Shown here piece after piece: positions 12,681-25,987 of a stretch of DNA of 64,000 nucleotides. Under the pieces are notes generated by a model. That model saw nothing but the letters and a program-made list of their open reading frames with translations. It was not told where the DNA came from and did no database searches. How positions within the stretch are numbered: the first letter of the stretch is position 1; each line of letters starts with the position of its first letter. Source of the stretch: Mobula hypostoma (Eukaryota); the NCBI RefSeq assembly GCF_963921235.1, contig NC_086097.1, positions 33,482,001 through 33,546,000 of the forward strand, written 5' to 3'. The translations under genes and the position numbers were made by a program.

Positions 12681-12949
12681 CCAGGAGATCACGCAGGCCT
12701 GTCTTCTGTGGCTTCCTCTGTGTTTGGGGCTTGCCTCTGACTTCATGTTCTAAAGCTGTAAAATAAGAATTTGCTTTTATACCTCTTATCTTCTTCTACC
12801 GATCTGCTTCTTTGCTTGTGTTGTGGTTAGTGAAGGGCTGGCTTGGTGTCTATCACAGTGTATTCACTAATTGCACTGTGTAACCAGCCTCTCACACAGA
12901 CACATTCTCATCGACACCACTAAGCATAATTACACTGAATGTGTGTGTT

Positions 12950-15287
12950 AAGAAACTGCAGGAGTAAACATACCTTGATGGGAGCTATTTACAGGCCTCC
13001 GAACAGGAGCCAGAATGTAGGGTACAAATTACAACAGTAGATAGAAAAGGCATGTTCAAAAGGGCAAAGTTACAATATCTTTGAGGAACTTCGATATGCA
13101 GGTAGATTGGGAAAATCAGGTTGGTGCTGGATCCCAAGAGAAGGAATTTGTAGAATGCCTACAAGATGACTTTTTAGAGCATCTTGTTGTTAAACCCACC
13201 AGGGAAAAGGCAATTCAGGATGGATGTTGTGTAATGAACCAAATTTGATTTGGGAGCTTAAGGTAAAGGGATCTTTAGAAGACAGTGATCATAATATGAT
13301 AGAATTCACCCTTTAGCTTGAAAGGAAAGGGCTAAAATCAGATGTATCAGTATTACAGTGGAGTAAAGAGAATTACTGCGGCATGAGAGAGGACCTGGCC
13401 AAAGCTCATTGGAAGACAACACTAGCAGGGGTGATGGCAGAGCAATAATGGCTAGAGTTTCTTGGAGCAGGATAGATACATCCCAAAGATGAAGAAGTAT
13501 TGTAAAGAGAGGATGACAAAGCCACAGCCAACAATGCAAGTCAAAGACAGCATAAAAACCAAAGAGAGGGCAAATGATATAGCAAAAATTAACCAAAGGA
13601 TTTGGAAGCTTTTGAAAACCAACAGATGGCAACTAAAAAAGCAGTAAAAAGAGAAAAGATTAAATATGAAGTGCTTCTTCTTCCAGTGGTATAAAAGAGA
13701 ATACCAAAAGTTTTTTTACAGATATGTAAAGAGTAAAAGTGTCAAAAGTGGATATTGGACCACTAGAAAATTACGCTGGAGACGTGGTCATGGGGGAACA
13801 AAGAAATGGCGGACAAACTCTAAGTATTTTGCACCAGTCTTTGCTGTGGAAGACACTAGCAGTATGTCAGAATTTCAGAAGTGTCAGGGGACACTTATCT
13901 AGCTTCAGAACTTTCAGCTTCCTAAGGACCTTCTTACGAGTAATAGCAAATACAAAATGCAGTTGATAAGTCACCTGGACCAGATGGTCTACACCCCAGG
14001 GCTCTGAAAATGGCAGTTGAAGAAATTGTGGAGACATCAGTAATCATCTTTAAAGAATCACTACATTCTGGAAAATTGCAAATATCACTCCACTCTTTAA
14101 GAAGGGAGGGAAGCAAAAGACAGCAATTTATAGGCCAGTTAGCCTGACTGAAGTGGTTGGGAAGATGTTGGAGTCGATTATAAAGGAGGAGTTTTCAGTG
14201 TATTTGAGACACATGGTAAAGTGGTCCAAAAGTCACATGATTTTCTAAAGAAAAATTCTTGTCTGACAGATCTATTGGAATTCTTTTGGAGAGAACAGTC
14301 AGGATAGATAAAGGGGAGTCAGTGGATGTTGTTGACTTGGATTTTCAAAATGCCTTGACAAAGTGCTGCACATTGTCGGTGACTTGGATGACAGAATTGA
14401 TTGCTCTGTGGCCAAATTTGTGGATGATTCAAAGGTAGGTGGAGAAGCAGGTAGTGTTGAGGAAGCAGGGAGTCTACTGAAGCAGTTAGATTGGGAGAGT
14501 GGTAAATAGGGGTTAAATGGAATATAGTGTAGGGAAATGTATGGTCAAGCACTTTGGTCAAAGCAATAAAAGCATAGACTATTTTCTAAACTGACAGAAA
14601 ATTCAGAAGGTTAAAGAATAACTTGCAGGTTGAGTCTGTGGTGAGGAAGGCAAATGCAATGTTAGCATTCATTTTGAGAGGATTAGAATATAAAAATGGG
14701 GATGTAGTGTTGAGGTTTTATAAGGCATTGTTCAGACCGCATTTGCAGTAAGTATTGTGAGCAATTTTGGGCCTCTTATCAAAGAAAGCATGTGCTGGCA
14801 TTGGAGAAGGTCCAGAGGTGTTTCCAGAATTGAAAGGGTTAACATATGAGTAGCATTTGATGGTTCTGGGCCTATACTCATTGGATTTTATAAGAATGAG
14901 TGGGATCTCATTGAAACATATTGAATATTCAAAGCCCTATATAGAGTGGATGTGGGGATAGGATGTTTCCCATAGTGAAGGAGACTAGGACCGGAGTGCA
15001 CAACCTCAGAATAAAGGGGTGTCCCTTTAGAACCAAGATGAAGAACTTCTTTAGTCAGAGGGTGGAGTATTTGTGGAATTTCATTACCACAGACGGTTGT
15101 GGAGGCCAAGTCAATGGATATATTTAAAATGGAGGTTGACAGGTTATTGATTAGTAAAGGCACCAAAGATTATGGGAGAAGGCAGGATAATGCGGTTGAG
15201 AGAGATAATAAATCACTTATTGAATGGCAGAGTAAACTCGATGGGCCAAATGGCCTAATTTTGCTCTTGTGTCTTATGGGCTTATGT
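12950..15287 (+). mobile_element. CR1-type LINE ORF2 remnant (endonuclease to 3' tail), many frameshifts
   Basis: Remnants of SDHNMIEF, DKSPGPDGLHP and NYRPVSLT, and a tail tcttatgggcttatg. Confidence 0.85.
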
Positions 15288-15444
15288 TCCCTTATCTACT
15301 CTGCTACACACGGGTACACTGAGTGTTTCTGTGTTTATTGTCTCTCACACACATGCATGTACTTATCTCATGGTTCCCTCTTCCACACTGCGAGAAATTT
15401 CACCTTGCACAATCCTTTCCAAAATGACAGTCCTGTTCCGCTCT

Positions 15445-16875
15445 CTACCTAGAGCCCCCTTTTGATCCCCAAACTAATCCCACTGCCTAGCTCTCTACCC
15501 ACAGTCTCGTGTCAGTCCCCAAACTAATCTCTCTGTCCCACTGTTGACCTACAGCCACCTGTTGGTCCCCAATCTAATACCACTGACATGCTTTCTATCC
15601 TACAGCCCTGTGTCAGTCCCCAAACTAATCCCACAGCCCTGCTCTCTACCTATAGCCTTGTGTCAGTCCCCAAACTGATACCACAAGACCTTCCCTCTCC
15701 AGGCAACACATTTTCAAAACTCAGACACATGCCATAGCCCAGCTCTTTCCTCACAGCACTGTGTTGGTGTCTAAATAATGACTGTGCCCCACTCCAGTTC
15801 CCAAACTAATCCTACCACCCTACACTCTCCTCCCACAGCACTGTGGTTGTATTCAGACTAATGCCACACCCCCATTCTCTCTCCACAACCTAGTGTTGGA
15901 CCCAAAACTAACCCACTTGCCCCACCAAGTCCGTACAGACCCGTCTGTCCCCAAGCTAATCTGACTGCCCATACTCTCTCTGGAGCCCTGTGTTCGAAAC
16001 CAAACTAATCCTGCTGCCCAGTTCTGTCAACGCAACCCTGTCTCGGTCCCTAAATATTGACAGTATCCCACACAATCCAAGTTCATATTTTCAATGATTT
16101 TTCCAAATCCACCCAACTATTTCCAGTGTCTCATTCTCACCCCACACCATTGTGTTACTCCCCAAAATATTCCAACACTCACATTCTCCCCACATCCCTG
16201 TGTCAGTCCCCAAATTACACCCACTCTCCTCTCTCTCCAGAGCTGTGGAGCTGTGTCAGTCGCCAAAGTACACCCACTCTCCTCTCTCTCCAGAGCTGTC
16301 AGTCCCCAAAGTACACCCACTCTCCTCTCTCGCCCCAGAGCTGTGTCAGTCCCCAAAGTACACCCACTCTCTCTCCAGGGCTGTGTCAGTCCCCAAAGTA
16401 CACCCACTCTCTCTCCAGGGCTGTGTCAGTCCCCAAAGTACACCCACTCTCCTCTCTCTCCAGAGCTGTGTCAGTCCCCAAAGTACACCCACTCTCCTCT
16501 CTCTCCGGAGCTGTGTCAGTCCCCAAAGTACACCCACCTCTCTCTCCAGAGCTGTCAGTCCCCAAAGTACACCCACTCTCCTCTCTCTCCAGAGCTGTCA
16601 GTCCCCAAAGTACACCCACTCTCCTCTCTCTCCAGAGCTGTGTCAGTTCCCAAAGTACACCCACTCTCCTCTCTCTCCAGAGCTGTGTCAGTTCCCAAAG
16701 TACACCCACTCTCCTCTCTCTCCAGAGCTGTGTCAGTCCCCAAAGTACACCCACTCTCCTCTCTCTCCAGAGCTGTGTCAGTCCTCAAAGTACACCCACT
16801 CTCCTCTCTCTCCAGAGCTGTGTCAGTTCCCAAAGTACATCCACTCTCCTCTCTCTCCAGAGCTGTGTCAGTCTC
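15445..16875. repeat. Minisatellite: degenerate gtgtcagtccccaaactaatcccac units grading into a homogeneous 45-bp array
   Basis: Period 45 (ctgtgtcagt at 16638 and 16683) over 16200-16875, with older diverged units upstream. Confidence 0.92.
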
Positions 16876-17232
16876 CATACTCATCCCACTGCCGGAATAG
16901 CGCAGGGCAAGGGGCTGTTTGTCATCTGATACGGCCGTGGGGAGAGAGTGGGAATGGGAAGTATTTGAGGACTGACACAGGAATTTAGGAAGAGACCTGT
17001 GGTTTTGACATTTCTATCTAAGGGGAAAGAGACTATCAACCCTACCTATGTCTCATACAATTTTATAAACCTCTAATCGGTTCTCCCCTCAGTCTGTGAC
17101 AGTTCAGGTAATTCAACTGTGTCTGGCCTCTCCTTATATTTAATACTCTTTACTCTAGGCAGCATATTGGTGAATCTCTTCAGTATCCCTTCCAAAACCT
17201 TCACAACCTTCCTATAATGGGTTGACCAGAAC

Positions 17233-19606
17233 ATGAAACGTGAGGGCAGACTAGCCAAAAATATAAAGCAGGACATCAACATTTTTTTCAGTTATATAAA
17301 GAGTAAAAGGGAGGTGAGAGTTGATATTGGACCACTGGAAAATGATGTTGGTGAGGTAGTAATGGGGGACAAAGAAATGGCAGATCTTGCATTTGTCAAA
17401 TTATTGGCTAGAATGGCTATTTTATTAAAATGGAAAGATGCTCCCACTTTGATACAATGGTTCTCTCAGGTGATGTTATGTCTTAGTTTGGAAAAAATTA
17501 GAAGTCGAACTTTTGATCCTAGATTTGACTTCGAGAAAAGGTGGGGGTTTTTTGCCCATTATTATCATTTGATTTGAGTTAATAAAGATGGTCCTTTTCT
17601 GATGCTTGGGTATATGGATTTGGTTGGCGGAATGATGTCTTTTTTTTATGGAAGTTTGTATGGCATGTAGCTCCAGGTTTGTGCTCCAAATGGGTTTTTT
17701 TCCCGTTTTTTTGTTAGTAGGGTTTTTTTTTGTTTTAGTTAGTAGGGGTTCTTTTTTCTTCCTTTTTTTCCATAAAAAAAAGCTTTAACATTTTGGTTTT
17801 TTTTATTATTATTGATATACTGTTCAGTTTGGTTGATAGTTTAACTCTTATTCTACATATGGATATGTTGTCTTGATTATTTTGATGTATTTTTCTCTGT
17901 TGATTTTTAATAATAATTAAAAAGATTTAAAATGAGAAATGGCAGATTAACATAATGGGTACTTTGCTTCAATTTTCACTGTGGAAGACACTATTAGTGT
18001 GCCAGAGGTCTGTGAGCAGAAGTGAGTGCCATTGCTATTGCAAAGGAAAAAGTGCTCGGCAAACTCAAATGTCTTAAGGTTGATAAGTCACCTGGACCAG
18101 ATGGACTACATCCCAGATTCCTAAGAGAGATTGCTGAAGAGATAACAGATGCATTGGTCATGATCTTTCAAGAATCACTTCATTCTGGCGTGGTCCTGGA
18201 GGAGTGGAAATCTGCAAATGTTACTCCACTCTTTAAAAAGGGAGGAAAGTAAAAGAAAGGAAATTATAGGCCAGTTAGCCTAACCTCAGTGGTTGGGAAA
18301 GTGCTGGAGTCTATTATTAAGAATGAGGTTTCGGGGTACTTGGAGACTAATAATAAAATAAGTTGAAGTCAGCATGGTTTCTGTGAAGGGAAATCTTGCC
18401 TGACAAATCTGTTAGAATTCTTTCAGGAAGTAACAAATAGGGTGGACAAAGGACTGACAGTGGACGTCACTTGGATTTTCAGAAGGCGTTTTATAAGGTG
18501 CCACACATGAGGCTATTTAACAATAAAATCCTATGATGTTACACGAAAGATACTGGCATGGATAGCAGAATGGCTGACATGCAGGAGGTAGTGAGTGGGA
18601 ATAAAAGGGGCCTTTTCTGGTTGGCTGCCAGTGACTGGCATTCCTCAGGGGTCACTTTTACCATTGTTTGTCAATGATTTGGATAATGGAATTGATGGCT
18701 TTGTGGCAAAGTTTGCAGATGATACGAAGATAGGTGGAGGGGTAGGTAGTGCTGAGGAAGCAATACGATTACAGCAGGATTTAAACAAATTGGAAGAATG
18801 GACAAAAAAATGGCAGATGGAATACACTGTTAGGAAATGTATGATAATGTATTTTGATCAAAGGAACAATAGTGCGGACTATTATCTAAATTGGGAGAAG
18901 GTTCAAACATCAGAGGTGCGGAGTCTTCATGCAGAGCTCCCAGAAGGTTAATTTACCCATTGAGTCTGTGGTAAAGAAGACAAATGCAATGTTTGCATTT
19001 ATTTCAAGAGGAGTAGAATATAAAAGCAAGGAGATAATGCTGAACCTTTTTAAGACACTAGTCAGACTGCACATGGGTGTGTTGTCAACGGTTTTGGGCC
19101 CCAAATCTCGGAAAGGTCATGTTGTTATTGAAGAGAATCCAGAGGAGGTTCACGAGGATGATTCTGGGAATGAAGGAGTTAACATGGAGCATTTTGCAGC
19201 TTTGGGCCTATACTCACTGGAGTTCAGAAGAATGCGGGGGGATCTCATTGAAACCTACCGAATGTTGAAAGGACTAGAAAGGGTGGATGTGGAGATATTT
19301 CCTATGGTGGGGGTGTCCAGAACTAGAGGGCACAGCCTCCAAATTGAGGGGTGACCTTTTAGAACAGAGGTAAGGAGGAATTTTTTTTAGCCAGAGATTA
19401 GTGAATATGTAGAAGGCTCTACCACAGACTGCAGTGGGGGCCAAGTCCGTGGGTATATCTAAGGCGGAAGTGATCGTTTCCTGATCGGTTAGGGCATCAA
19501 GGGGTATGGCAAGAAGGCAGGTGTATAGGGTTGAGTGAGATCTGGGATCAGCCATGACTCGATGGGCTGAATGACCTAATTCTGCTCCTATGTCTTATGG
19601 TCTTAT
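17233..19606 (+). mobile_element. CR1-type LINE ORF2 remnant interrupted by an L1-like insertion
   Basis: DIGPLENDVGEVVMG, DKSPGPDGLHP and KFADDTK motifs; tail tcttatggtcttat. Confidence 0.88.
17386..17934 (+). mobile_element. 5'-truncated L1/Tx1-like LINE 3' end with 13-bp TSD
   Basis: ARMAILLKWK...LSLEKIR...FEKRW resembles an L1-clade ORF2 C-terminus. T-rich 3' UTR and A-rich end. TSD AGAAATGGCAGAT at 17373-17385 and 17935-17947. Confidence 0.82.
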
Positions 19607-19978
19607 CACAGTGTATTTTCAGCATTTTCTGTTTTTGTTCTGTATTTGCTGCTTTAAGGACAGGGCCCAATTTAAACTTTGAACATGAGATGATTATAAA
19701 CTGACATAAAAGGATATTGTTTCCCATATTTCAGAGTCACTCAAACAGCACAAAAACAGGCACTTTGCAAACCTTGACCATGTGAACAGTCAAGTAACCC
19801 TTGCCACTAATCCCATTTACCAAACTTGGTGTGTAACCTTCTGTGACTTGGCCATCCAAGAGCTCCACTAGGTTATAAACATGACGTACTTATCCCCACC
19901 ACCGACGCAGACAACAGCTTCCAGACTACAACCACCCTCTGCATGAAAACTCTTTTCCTCAGATTCTACCTAACTCTT

Positions 19979-20207
19979 TGTGGTAAACCATGTATATATG
20001 TTGTAACTCGGTTACCTGTCTGGACACGCCCCTCTGCTGACTGCCCCTGTGGCTCCTCCCACAGAGTCCTGTATAAAGGTGTTTGCCTTGCCCCTCCCCC
20101 TCAGTCCGGGGGCAGACACTCACTGTGGAGGTGGTATTGTACAGCGAATAAAAGCCTTTCAGTATTTTACCAAACCTCAGTCTTTTGGAGTCATTGAAGG
20201 TGCTTCA
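19979..20207 (+). mobile_element. Solo LTR (229 bp)
   Basis: TG...CA termini, 5-bp TSD CTCTT (19974-19978 and 20208-20212), TATAAA at 20072 and AATAAA at 20147. Confidence 0.85.
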
Positions 20208-20869
20208 CTCTTAAAACATTTTAGATGTTTCTCATTCCCGGGAAAAATTTTGTGCTATGCACCCTGTCTATGCCCCTGATATTTTGTAAAGAGGTGAGAG
20301 CTAGCTGAGGCCTTAAGTTCCTAGGTGTAAGATGACCAACACTTTCTGCTGGTCCAGCCATGTGATGCCGCAGCCAAGAAGATGCACGTATGCTTCTACT
20401 TCTCTGAAGGCCAAGGACATTCAGTGTATCCCTGATTACTCTAACCAATTTTCAGAGATGCGCTATTGAAAGCTTCCTGTGCAGATGTATCATGGCTCGG
20501 TATGACCAAACCTGTAGGCGTTGCAGAGAATTAAGAACCCAGTCCAGCTTCCCTTCCACCGTCTCTGTCTGCACTTCCTAGTGTCTCAGGGAAGCAGCCA
20601 AGGACCACTCCCAGCCTAATCAGTCTTTCTTCTCTCCCCGCCCTCCCATCCGGCAGAAGTTTATGAAAGCTTAAGAGCACATATCACCAGACTTGAGGAC
20701 CGCTTCAAATTCACTGTTATCGAACTCTTGAATGCACCTTTCGTACATTAAAAGATTTATTTTGATCTCCCAATATACCTTGTTATGGCCCTTACACCTT
20801 GTTTATCAACCTGCAGTGTACTGCATTTCTCTGCATTTTGTTTTCTTTTTACTGCCTTGATGGATACTG

Positions 20870-21390
20870 ACAGACTTTTACCGCTGTACCATTGAGAGCA
20901 TACTCACCAACTGCATCTCAGTGTGGTATGGCAATTGTCCCGTATTGGACCGCAAAGCACTCCAGCGTGTGGTGAAAACTGCCCAGCGGATTATTGGCAC
21001 CCAATTGCCCACCATTGAGGACATCTACCATAAACGCTGCCTGGGCAGGGCGAAAAGCATTATCAGGGATGCATCTCACCCTAACCATGGACTTTTTACT
21101 CTCCTCCCATCCGGTAGGCACTACAGGAGCCTCCGTTCCTGCACCAGCAGGCACAGGAAGAGCTTCTTCCCTGAGGCTGTGACACTGCTGAACCTCTCAT
21201 CACAGCGCTAAGCAGTATTGCACCCATATTGTACTGTCTCAGTACTTTTATATTTGTGTGCTGTAGCACTTACTTTTTATTCGCAGTTATTTTGTAAATA
21301 TCACGATTCTTTGCATTTCTGGTCAGATGCTAAATGCATTTTATTGGCTTTGTACTCGGCACAATGACAAAAAAAGTTGAATCTAATCTA
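20870..21390 (+). mobile_element. Rex1/Babar-like LINE 3' end
   Basis: YRCTIESILTNCISVWYGNC...RVVKTAQRIIG...LLPSGRHYRS...SFFPEAV; tail aaaaaagttgaatctaatcta. An older related fragment lies at about 20350-20860. Confidence 0.8.
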
Positions 21391-23049
21391 TTTATGCACA
21401 GATTGATCAAAAACAAAAGCTTTATATTGTATCTCAGTACACATGACAATGACAAAACAACACTCACAAACGTATATCAGTTTATCCCTTCGACAAAAGG
21501 GCAATTACTTTACATATGTTTCATATTCAAATTCAAGTTGCCATTCAACCATGCACAGGAACAGGCCAAGCAAAGCAGCGGTCCTCTGATACCAAGGTGT
21601 AAAACACAGTCCCAACAGTCACACACATTGCATATAGCACATATAATTATGATAGCAGAAACAGAGTTACAAAAAATATAATAGAATAGCAACATAGCCC
21701 AATTCCCTGAGTGTTGTGGCCTGTAGATTGATGCTTGTCTTCCCAGGAGCAGACACTAGAGGGCAGCACCATCAGGAGGTGCCTAGTACAGAATCCAGTA
21801 GCACAAAACTTGCTCCGGCATCTCCTTCGCTGGCAACCCCAGGCCACAAGGCCTTGTCTGCGCAACAACTGAGGAAACGCAGCTTCCTTGCTGTCGCTTT
21901 CACCAACCAGTGAATAAGGTTCACAAGCGTTCTACATTATCAAGGTACAACAGGGTCTTTCTTGCGACCACAGGGAAAACGACAAACCCAATCATTTCCA
22001 CCATTTGTTGGACCGTGTGCTGCCTGGGTACCTAAAGCAGGGCGCAACAGGATATACAACAGGTCCAGTTCCACCACTATCCAGAAATTCCCTAGTGAGG
22101 TAGGCCTGCTGTACTCAATGTTGTTAATATCCAGCACTGTCTTCTGATGGTAAAAAAGACATAAAGGGCAAACAATTGCACCTTTGTTTGGACCCATAGA
22201 GGGCATTGTATCCAAGCACACCACCAGAATATTGAAATTATTTAGTATGGTGATACATTAATAATTATTTACAGTAAGTCAGCTTGAAGAGTCTGAAAGC
22301 TTAAGGTCCTTTGTTGGCTGTCATTGCAGTGGCTTTCGGAAGCCTTTCTTCCATGTTTTAAAACGCTATAAGGTGCGTTGAAAGAAAGCCACGATAGCTA
22401 GAAGATCTATCTTGGATGCTGCCCCTTTCCTCAATTTACTGATCGCAAAGTGTCTTGGGGGATGGACTTAATTGAAAAGTCTCCTGTGTAAGGTACTAGC
22501 TACTCTTTGATAGGTTTTGTCAGCCTAGCAGGGAGCAATGGAGGAAACATCCTCACTTTCTGCATCTGATACCTATCTCATACCACTGCTCTTCCAGGAC
22601 TAGTTGGGATCTCCACTGCAGCACTTAGCGCAAGTCCTGGCAACTTGGCCAATAGTGGGCTGCCATCCTCCCTGTTGTCCTCCAGTGCAGTGCTAGCAAC
22701 GAGACATTACTTTCAACCTGTTTGCTGGGAAACTCCATCTTTCTAACTCCAAGCACCATATTCCTGGAAACAACAGCCTCTGCCTGAATCTCATGCTGGT
22801 CCTGACTTTCCTGTATCTCACCCTCAGAAGATTTGGGCTTTTGTAGCTTGTAATCTATCAGTTTAAGTGGAATGTAATACATTGGTTGAATAAATTTCTC
22901 ATGCTGCTATAAATATACAGAGGATTCCTTTTAATTGGAACACATTGGGTCCAATAACATTTTGGCCCAATTAAGCAGCTGTCTCAATTAGTCAGAGCCG
23001 TTACTTGTTAAATTACCCCTAATCGCTCACACCAAATAGCATTGCTGGC

Positions 23050-23613
23050 CAATGTTCCCTGCCTTGGTAGCAATGCTCCCTCTAATTTGTAGTGACCAGT
23101 TTGCACAAAAATCTTGTGCTGTACAATATTTTGTCCAGTGACAACAACATGGGCGCACTGAAATTTATATATAGAGTTATTCACTTTAACAGTTGGCAAA
23201 ACACTATCAATAAGAACTTTGATGTCCTCTGGGCTTGATCATTGTTCCTCCCGTCCACCTGCACTCTCACAAAACATACGTGGCACGCCTGTAGTGGGTA
23301 ATGAAGGATTTTCTTGCTGGAGCTTTTTCACTCCAGCCGTATGTGATTTGTTTGCTAAATAACACTTTAAAAAGTCAAGTTTCCAAATATCACTCCACTT
23401 GCAAATTCTCCGGCAACTTTTACATCACAAACTCCATGTCGTCAACAACATCTATTTCAGAAACCAGAAAAGGAAATGTGTTTGTGTATGATCCTGAAAT
23501 ATACTTAACACTCCAACAAGGTAGAAGGTGACAACCTTTTGTGTGCAGTTTAAATTTCTTTGTGCACCAGTAGCAAGAGATGTGTGCACGCACCCTCCTT
23601 AGAGGGAACATTG
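23050..23613. mobile_element. Non-autonomous hAT-like element with 8-bp TSD
   Basis: Termini CAATGTTCCCT and TTAGAGGGAACATTG; TSD ttgctggc (23042-23049) vs ttgctgac (23614-23621). Confidence 0.7.
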
Positions 23614-24067
23614 TTGCTGACCCATATCTGACCTGTGCAACTAACTCACCCCTAACACTAAATCCTGACTCCTACCTCAGTTTATAACATGAACCTTCAT
23701 CACTAGCCCAAGCTCTGTCATGACCCAATACTCAACTCCTGACCCTGACTGACCTTGTTTTACTTGGATTTTCAGAAGGCCTTTGACAAGGTGCCGCATA
23801 TGCAGTTGCTGAACAAGATGGTATTGCAGGAAAGATACTAGCATGGATTGAAGATTGGCTGACCATCAAGAAGCGGAGTGGGAATAAAAGGGGCCTTTTC
23901 TAGTTGGTAGCCAGTGACTAGTGGTGTTCTGCAAGGGATGGTATTGGGATCACTTGTTTTCACACTACATCAATGATGGCTTTGTTATTAAGACTGCGGA
24001 CAATATGAAGATAGGTGGAGGGGCAGGTAGTTTTGAGGAAGCAGGGAGTCTGCAAAAGGACTCAGAC

Positions 24068-25680
24068 CAGTGGTTCCCAAAGTAAGTGCTATCACTCCCC
24101 CCCCCCCCCATAGAGGCAGTTGGAGTTTCTAAGGGGGCAGCCGGGGGGCAACTGGGGGATTATAGGCTTAATTTTTTAAATGAATTATTTATTATAAGTA
24201 TCTGATCCTCCATGCCTGATAATTACAATGATCATGTAATCAACTCAAATCTTACTAACCCACTGTTCTCTTAGACTTTGCTCAAAGCTCATTATTGAAA
24301 AGCAATGTAACACTTCTGTATTGGCATATTGTCAGTTATCTGAACTGAAGAAATCATGCTATTTCCAGGCCCAGCCTGTGCATTTTTCCCGTTCAGTACT
24401 CTAGTACGGTGTTAGCTAGTACATTTCCTGTAATCTAATCATGCAGTGATGCAATTCGATGGGGTAAAGATCAGAATCTGCCCTTTTAAAGGTCTTGACC
24501 ACACTTCTCTCGCCCACAGTCCAACTGAGATACCGCTGCCCCACTTTATATACCTTCAGGCACCTAGTTGGGTTTTGCCTGAGCTATGATGACGTCATAA
24601 CTTTCCCCCTTGTTGATCGCAGCGCTTGAGGTTGGAGTAAAGAATAGGCAATTATCATGATCATCAATCCATAATGAAAATGGCAGAAGCAGACCAAATG
24701 AAAAAAGAAGTGTAGTCAGTGTAATGTGGGGTATCTGAAATATGGATTTATACCACCACCAAGCAAACAACAGCAGTCAATGTGTCTGTTGTGTGAAAAA
24801 GATTTTTCAACCGAGGCAACGAAACCATCCGGACTCCTTGAACATTTGAAGAGAATACACTCTGATAATGCAAACAACTACTTGGCTTATTTTCAGTCAC
24901 TTCATGAAAGCTTTCAGAAAGGGAAAACACTTCAAAACATGTTTACTGGCACAACAGAACAGGGATGGTTTGTGTCCTTCATACAACACTTCATTGCTCA
25001 TTGTTAAATCTGAAAAGCCCCATTAAATTGATGGAAAACTGATTCTGGCAGCAGTAAGGGTAGTTCTGGGTACAGTTTTCCATAACTCACCAGACCAAAT
25101 AATTAAAGCAATTCCACTCAGTGACAACTCTGTTCAAAGACAAATAGATGAAATGCCTGAGAATGTGAAAGACACATTGTGCAACATACTTAGGCCAACA
25201 GAATTTGCTCTGCAATTGGATGAGACAGTTTTGCCAGGTGATGAATCTTTGCTTTTTGGTTACATTCACCACATAAGAGATGAAAGCGTGGTTCAAAAGT
25301 TGTTATTTGCAAGGGGACTAGAAACATACAAAGGGGGAGTCAATACTTTGGGTTGTTGAGCAACTTTTCAAGGAGAAGGACATGCCACTCAGCAACATAC
25401 TTGGGCAATGGATGGGGCACCATCAATGACAGGATGCTACCATGGGATCATTACTTTCTTGAAAAAAGTTGTGCCTACCATATTTGCCATTTACTGTGTA
25501 ATTTACAGACATCATGTTGCAAAAAATCCTAATTAATTGGCACCACATATAGTTAAATACTGTTATCACAGCTGTAAATCAAGTGCAATGCTCTCAATTA
25601 ACTATTTTGTATTGAGAATGATTAACAGTTTGAATACTTGCTGTGCACACAGAAGTCAGATGCTCTCAGAACCAAACTAC
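24068..25680 (+). mobile_element. hAT (Charlie/Buster-like) transposon, left end plus decayed transposase
   Basis: Starts CAGTGGTTCCCAAA. BED-finger-like YLKYGF..CLLCEK..HLKRIH, IPLSDNSVQRQIDEM, FALQLDET and DGAPSMTG. Multiple stops and frameshifts. Confidence 0.85.
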
Positions 25681-25987
25681 CTGAAACGAAACACTTTTAT
25701 GTGAGAAATATAGAGAGGGGGAGAGACAGGCAGAGAAAGAGAAGAATTCAGAGACGGGCAATTTTGAGGCAACACTTCCAAATTTGGGATTTGCAGAAAG
25801 AAAAGCATTTTCTTTAATGATCAAAATGTAGTACAGGAACACATTTGCAACACAGTGAAGTTGCAAAGAATGAGACTGAAGATCAGACAATCTGATACCG
25901 CAGGGTAAAAGCAAAAGGACAGATCCAGCACCCACTCTTTCTGACCCAAATCTCAAGTCATAATTAACAAATTCCTGGCACATAAAC

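Noticed and set aside
16057..16988. Three overlapping 270-290-aa ORFs
   Set aside because: Artefacts of the 45-bp tandem repeat.
24680..25680. Domesticated ZBED5/SCAND3-like gene
   Set aside because: Multiple stops and frameshifts and a retained TIR indicate a dead hAT copy.
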